The notes under the pieces were generated by a model, which had not been told where the DNA came from, made no database searches, and saw only the letters and a list, made by a program, of their open reading frames with translations. 64,000 nt of DNA. It comes from the human T2T-CHM13v2.0 reference genome, Homo sapiens. The stretch lies in assembly GCF_009914755.1 (NCBI RefSeq), contig NC_060927.1, one strand, 5' to 3'. The position numbers and the translations under genes are program-made. This document shows positions 59,101-64,000 of the stretch, piece after piece; position 1 is the stretch's first letter, and each line of letters opens with the position of its first letter.

Positions 59101-62100
59101 ATTTATTCAATGAATATTTGTGGAGTGAATAAGAAGTAAAGCTTTGGGAATTCGCGGAATAACCCTGGAGGTACAGAGGAAGGGGGATGTTAAATGAATT
59201 AGAGGACAAAGAAAAACCACCAGACATCCAAGAGCTGAAACTCAGAGAGGGCGGACCCTTTTGAGGAAAGAGGAAAAAAGAAATCAGCAAAGGAGACTGT
59301 TAAAGTCAGATAAATAGGAAAAGTATTACAGAAGAGAGACTGGGGAATAGGAGGAAGCCTCAGAGAGGTCATTGATTATAGCATTGGGAAACACAAGTTT
59401 AAGATCAGAACTTAGATGGGAGTAGAAACTACAGTGAATATAAGATATAAACTGGAGATGAGGGCTTAGAGAATACCATGAAGCAGAACTTTTGTGCTGT
59501 GACTCTTCATTCTAAATCAGGTCTCTGCTGCAGATGTCAGGGGATGACCTCTCTAATTTTAGGATGATCAAGTTGCCACAAATCTGAAGCTCCCCTTTAT
59601 ATATGAGAGGTTTGCAGTATAGTCCGTGGGCCCCAGCAGTTTTCCCTTTTAATTCTTTAAGCTGTAATTTGACAGGAATGATTTACCAGGTGACTTTTTC
59701 AAGGCTGAACGTCCTTTCAAACAAAGCCTATATGAGACCAACTACATTTTAAGAAGTTAAAAATAAAAAGAACCAAACAAAAATAGTAAAGGGAAGAATT
59801 TCCTAGGAGCTAGACTTAAACAATAAATGACCTGCTTAACACAAAAGTAAAACAGGTTTCCTCGTGCAACAAAAACAGTAATTTATCACAGGGAAAATGA
59901 GCATGGTTTATTTTCTGAGGTGTTTTATTTCTTTCATTTCTTATTTGTCTTCAAGAGAAGATAAGGACACTTCAAAGTATATTTTTTAAATAACACTAAT
60001 TCTACGTTTTAGTCATCTTAGTGTGCTTATCTGGAATCTTCTTTCTGTGGATATGAGTTGTGAAACCCTTGTACCTAGCAAAATGATGTCAGATGTAAAA
60101 CTAAGCTCAGCCAAGTTCAAAGTAAGAAGAGCATGCCAGGATAGGAAAGAATGCCAGCAAACACAAGTATTTTGAAGATGATTCTAGCAGATGTTTGTGA
60201 CTAGTCAAAATGATTGGGCAGAACTGTCTAGGCCGTGAATCATCCTTCAGGGTCAGCAATCACTGTGGCATTCACATTCAGTCTTCCAAATATGTTTGAC
60301 CAAAGTTCCACACGATGACCTACGTGTTGGCATAGGTAACACCAGATTAGCATTAATTATGATTAATCACCGTGTATAGTCAACATTTTCTTGTTCAACA
60401 GTAGTTTCTAATGATTTTTTTTTTTTTTTAACTGACTCTCTGCCCTTATAATCTCTCATTCTCCTGCTTCTCGGGACCATTTAGCTCCTTTCTCTGACAT
60501 CTGCTCTGCCCAGAGGCAGATTTACCCTGAAACTATTGAAGCTTAAATGTCAATGCCCCTCACTTGCAAAGGCCCCTGTAAGTGCTAGGAGTGTCTGGGA
60601 GTTGTACGATATGCTAGGCTGGAAGGGAAGCCAAGCTGTAATCAGGAACAATCACTAAGAAAACACTTCTTGGAAACGGCCTGGGGAAATCTTAGAAAAA
60701 AGGGCCCTGAGCTCCAAGGATTCTCTAAATTATTGGGCTTTCTTTTCTTATTCTAAATAAGTACTCACTTCTTTATTTTATTTTATACTTGTAACTCACA
60801 TAATCTTTTTTAAAAAGATCTCTAATGTTTTAGACCCCCATAAATTTTGACTGGCTTCTTGTCCTACCCCTAGAATCTAAAACCAATCCTTTCCGTAAGA
60901 ATTGAGAACACAAGGAGTCTATGATCAATAATTCTTGGGCTCAGCATGCAATTGAATCTTTCTAAGTCAGTTCTGATTGTATGCTATACTCAATTTCTGA
61001 TAATGATATTGTTACTTTATTCCTCTATGATTAAGCATGCCCTTATATACCTTGGTTCAAGTATTTTAGTCACTATTTTGGATCCCTGTCTGATTGCCTA
61101 ATTCATCTCAGACTGAGATCTTTCCTGATCTTCTTCTAAGTTTTCCAGAAAATGGAGTTCTGTCACTTAATTGAATCTCTGAACCTCCTCAAGGCCTCCT
61201 GCCTGCATTGTCTTACCATCTGCTATTAGTTATTTCTTTACCTGTCTTTCCCATGGCTCTTAGTCTGCTGGTTCTGATCATCCCTATTCTGGCAGAGCTT
61301 TTTATGACGGACATGAGATTAACATACATTGATTACAAGTGTTTGATTCAACCAGAAACTTTCAGTTAAATAATTGTATTATAATTCTACTTGGTGAGAT
61401 CTCTAAGGATGCTATCTTGAAATGAAGTATAGTCTACCTAAGAAAATATTGAGATCTATTATGTAATAGAAACAGTTGTAAAACTCTAATGTTAGATGTT
61501 ATTTTGTTAAAGATGTAAATAACTCTAATATTAGATGTTATATAAAGAACAGAGAGCATAAAATCATAGAAAATTATAAAACTTTGGTCTTAGGGAAGTG
61601 GATATCCTTCAGAAATATGGCATAAAAGTACAAATGGTATTCCTAATCTGCCATTCTTAAAATCTGGGTAATGCATTATGTGGCTTTTTTTTTCCAAAAA
61701 AGGAAACATTTTTGCAATAGAACTGAAAGTAAGGAGAATTTACTTTAAAGCATATACCAATAGAGAAAAGCATGGCATTGGCCAGTGTGCCACACCATGC
61801 CCAGTCTCACTGCAGCACCTTAGAATTATAAGTGTTGTCTTCTTTAAGAGTATTTTTTCATTACAGGTTTCTAAAAGGGATGGTTTACATCAGGTATAAT
61901 TTTCTGTATTATAGACACAGATCACAATGCACAGAGCCACTTCATCCTTTTTGAAGATCACTATAATGATCATGCAGCCCATTTGCTGAATGCATGTGAA
62001 ATGGTCGGTGAACTCCCTGCAGACATCTTATTTTGCAAAGTTCTCTAACATTACATCACACCACTCTGATATTGAAAGGTAACCATTTGGTTACTGCCCT

Positions 62101-63214
62101 CTAATTTATCTTTTACTTCAACCACAGTATTTTTCTTAATTACTGTTGCAGTGTTACTTTGTTAATGTCTGTGGGCCCTCTTTTTTTTTTTTCCAGCTGT
62201 TAATATGGTTCTTAAAAATTGGAATTCAGAGACTATTGACACCAATTTTATCCTAAAAACATTATTTAAGTGCAAAGGATTATCAGTATTTACCAAAAAA
62301 GGCTTTAGCTATAATAAAAGACAAATACTTATTTGAACAAGTTATTAAATAAAAATTTTTTCCTTAAACATTTTAAATTTCAAGAAATGAGAAATATTAT
62401 CAAATCAACTACTTTAATGCCTTCTTTGAATTCTTCAGTTTTTCAATAATTATAATTTATTGCCTAAATCAAAATAAATAAATGATACGATTAGTAGCCA
62501 CACAGCAAATTTGGCCAAAATCAATCCCAAAAGTCAAAAATCTCATTTTATCTTTATTCCACTTATGATTTTCTTAAAGTAGATGCACAGTTTTTCATTC
62601 AACAAATAGTTTTAGTGCAGGGACCACATTCCAGACACTGCTCTTTGTCTTTCAGCTTTCAAAATGAATTAGATCCTGCTTTCTCTTTGAATACCTACAT
62701 ACAAAAGCAAATCACTCTGCTAAATAATAAATTAAATTGTTATAACTTGATTTAGTCTGTAATATATCAAAATTAAAACATATTAAAGAAAAAATAAATT
62801 TTCTGAATTTGGGAAACTGGATTATTTTGAATATATTATAGTGTCCCAGATAAAATAATAATTTGAATTATCTTTTTAAGGTAATAGTTTGTTGTCATTT
62901 GTTGTTGATATCGCTAAGGTGTATTTGACAATGGTCTATAATTAAGTAATTAAAGTTACATAATTATTTCATAGTCAAGAAACTAATCAATTTTGACATT
63001 GCAGCCACCTAAAACCAAAAATACCACTTTTATTGTGAGAATAAAACAATAGAAGGTAAGTTACTAGAGTTTATTTGTAGTCTTTATTGTTGACAATAGG
63101 GCACATCCCCTCACTTTCACACGCACTAATTTCTTTCTCTATCACAAATTTGATTTCCATTTTTAAGAGGATGCTTTAAAGACTGCTCAACAATGACAGT
63201 ATGAAATTATGTTG

Positions 63215-63790
63215 ACCTCAAGTCTTTGACTCAGGCCAATCTGGGTTCCAATCCTGATTTTGCCACTTATCATCTATGAAACCCTGGGCTGTTTCTTAGC
63301 CTCTTGATTTGGCTGAAATTAAATAAAACTTATTATTGCACATATGAAGTTGTCCAGAGACAGGGAAGTCCCCAGGCACAGTCTATTAGGTCTCTGCCTC
63401 TCTTTCTCTCTGATGTTATTGGCCTGCCCTCCTATGGTTCTTGTACTGGTAACAACATGTTTGCAGAAGTCCTGGGCATTATGTTGACAGGAAGTTACCC
63501 AGAAAAAGAAAAAGAAGTGCTGTTATTTCTGTCTTTACCCAGAAACTGCCTAGAAGACATCCCCTTGTGTCACTGGCCAGAATTAGGTCATGTGGCCATT
63601 TTTAAACCAATCGTGCCAGAGGAAAATGATTGCCATTCATGTTTAGCTTCATATCTATCCCTAGAGCTGTAGATGATGTCAGCTCTCTCTGAATCACACA
63701 GGAGACAGTTTGATTTGGAAACTTAAACAAAATTTAGGCCCCATGAGCAAGAATTATGAATGGTTGGGTAACCAACATAGTCCATTACCT
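63215..63790. mobile_element. MIR followed by an MLT1-like LTR fragment
   Basis: ctgggttccaatcctgattttgccactta; tcactggccagaattaggtcatgtggcca. Confidence 0.55.
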
Positions 63791-63832
63791 ATTAGTTGAC
63801 TGCCTACCAAGGAAGATGGTAGATTGGCAGAA

Positions 63833-63940
63833 GTCTCTTTTCTCTCTCTGTCTTTCTGTTTCTCTATCTCTCTCTCTCTGTCTCTCTCCCCCCCCAACAC
63901 ACACACACATACATACACACATTCACACTCACAAACATAC
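63833..63940. repeat. (CT)-rich then (CA)-rich compound microsatellite
   Basis: Read directly. Confidence 0.85.
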
Positions 63941-64000
63941 CATCGCCAATCCTCTGCATGTGTGTCACAATTTTAGTTAGATTAATAGTGTTTGCATGAT

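Noticed and set aside
55500-64000. Possible neighbouring gene upstream of PLOD2
   Set aside because: No recognisable exon or protein; mostly repeats and AT-rich DNA.

Overview
AT-rich primate (most likely human) genomic DNA containing the 5' half of PLOD2 (lysyl hydroxylase 2) on the minus strand. Coding exons 1-5 (109, 92, 137, 164 and 113 nt; 205 codons) all have GT-AG boundaries. The window also holds a ~36.6 kb intron 1, a CpG-island promoter (TATAA, CCAAT, GC box, RCGTG cores) and ~9 kb of upstream DNA. The rest is mostly interspersed repeats (Alu, L1, L2, MIR, LTRs, DNA transposons), named by eye, so subfamilies and edges are approximate. I see no wholly new biological system. The most unusual structures are: (1) a ~700 bp polyadenylated, TSD-flanked orphan retro-insertion made of ancient repeat fragments inside a younger MER11 LTR, with a fold-back at its 5' junction; (2) nested inverted Alu and L1 pairs bracketing exons 2-3, predicting a 229-nt circRNA whose back-splice junction creates TGA-TAA; (3) several non-tandem 37-93 bp direct duplications, one pair straddling the promoter; (4) two 5'-inverted L1s and an ultra-short Alu insertion.
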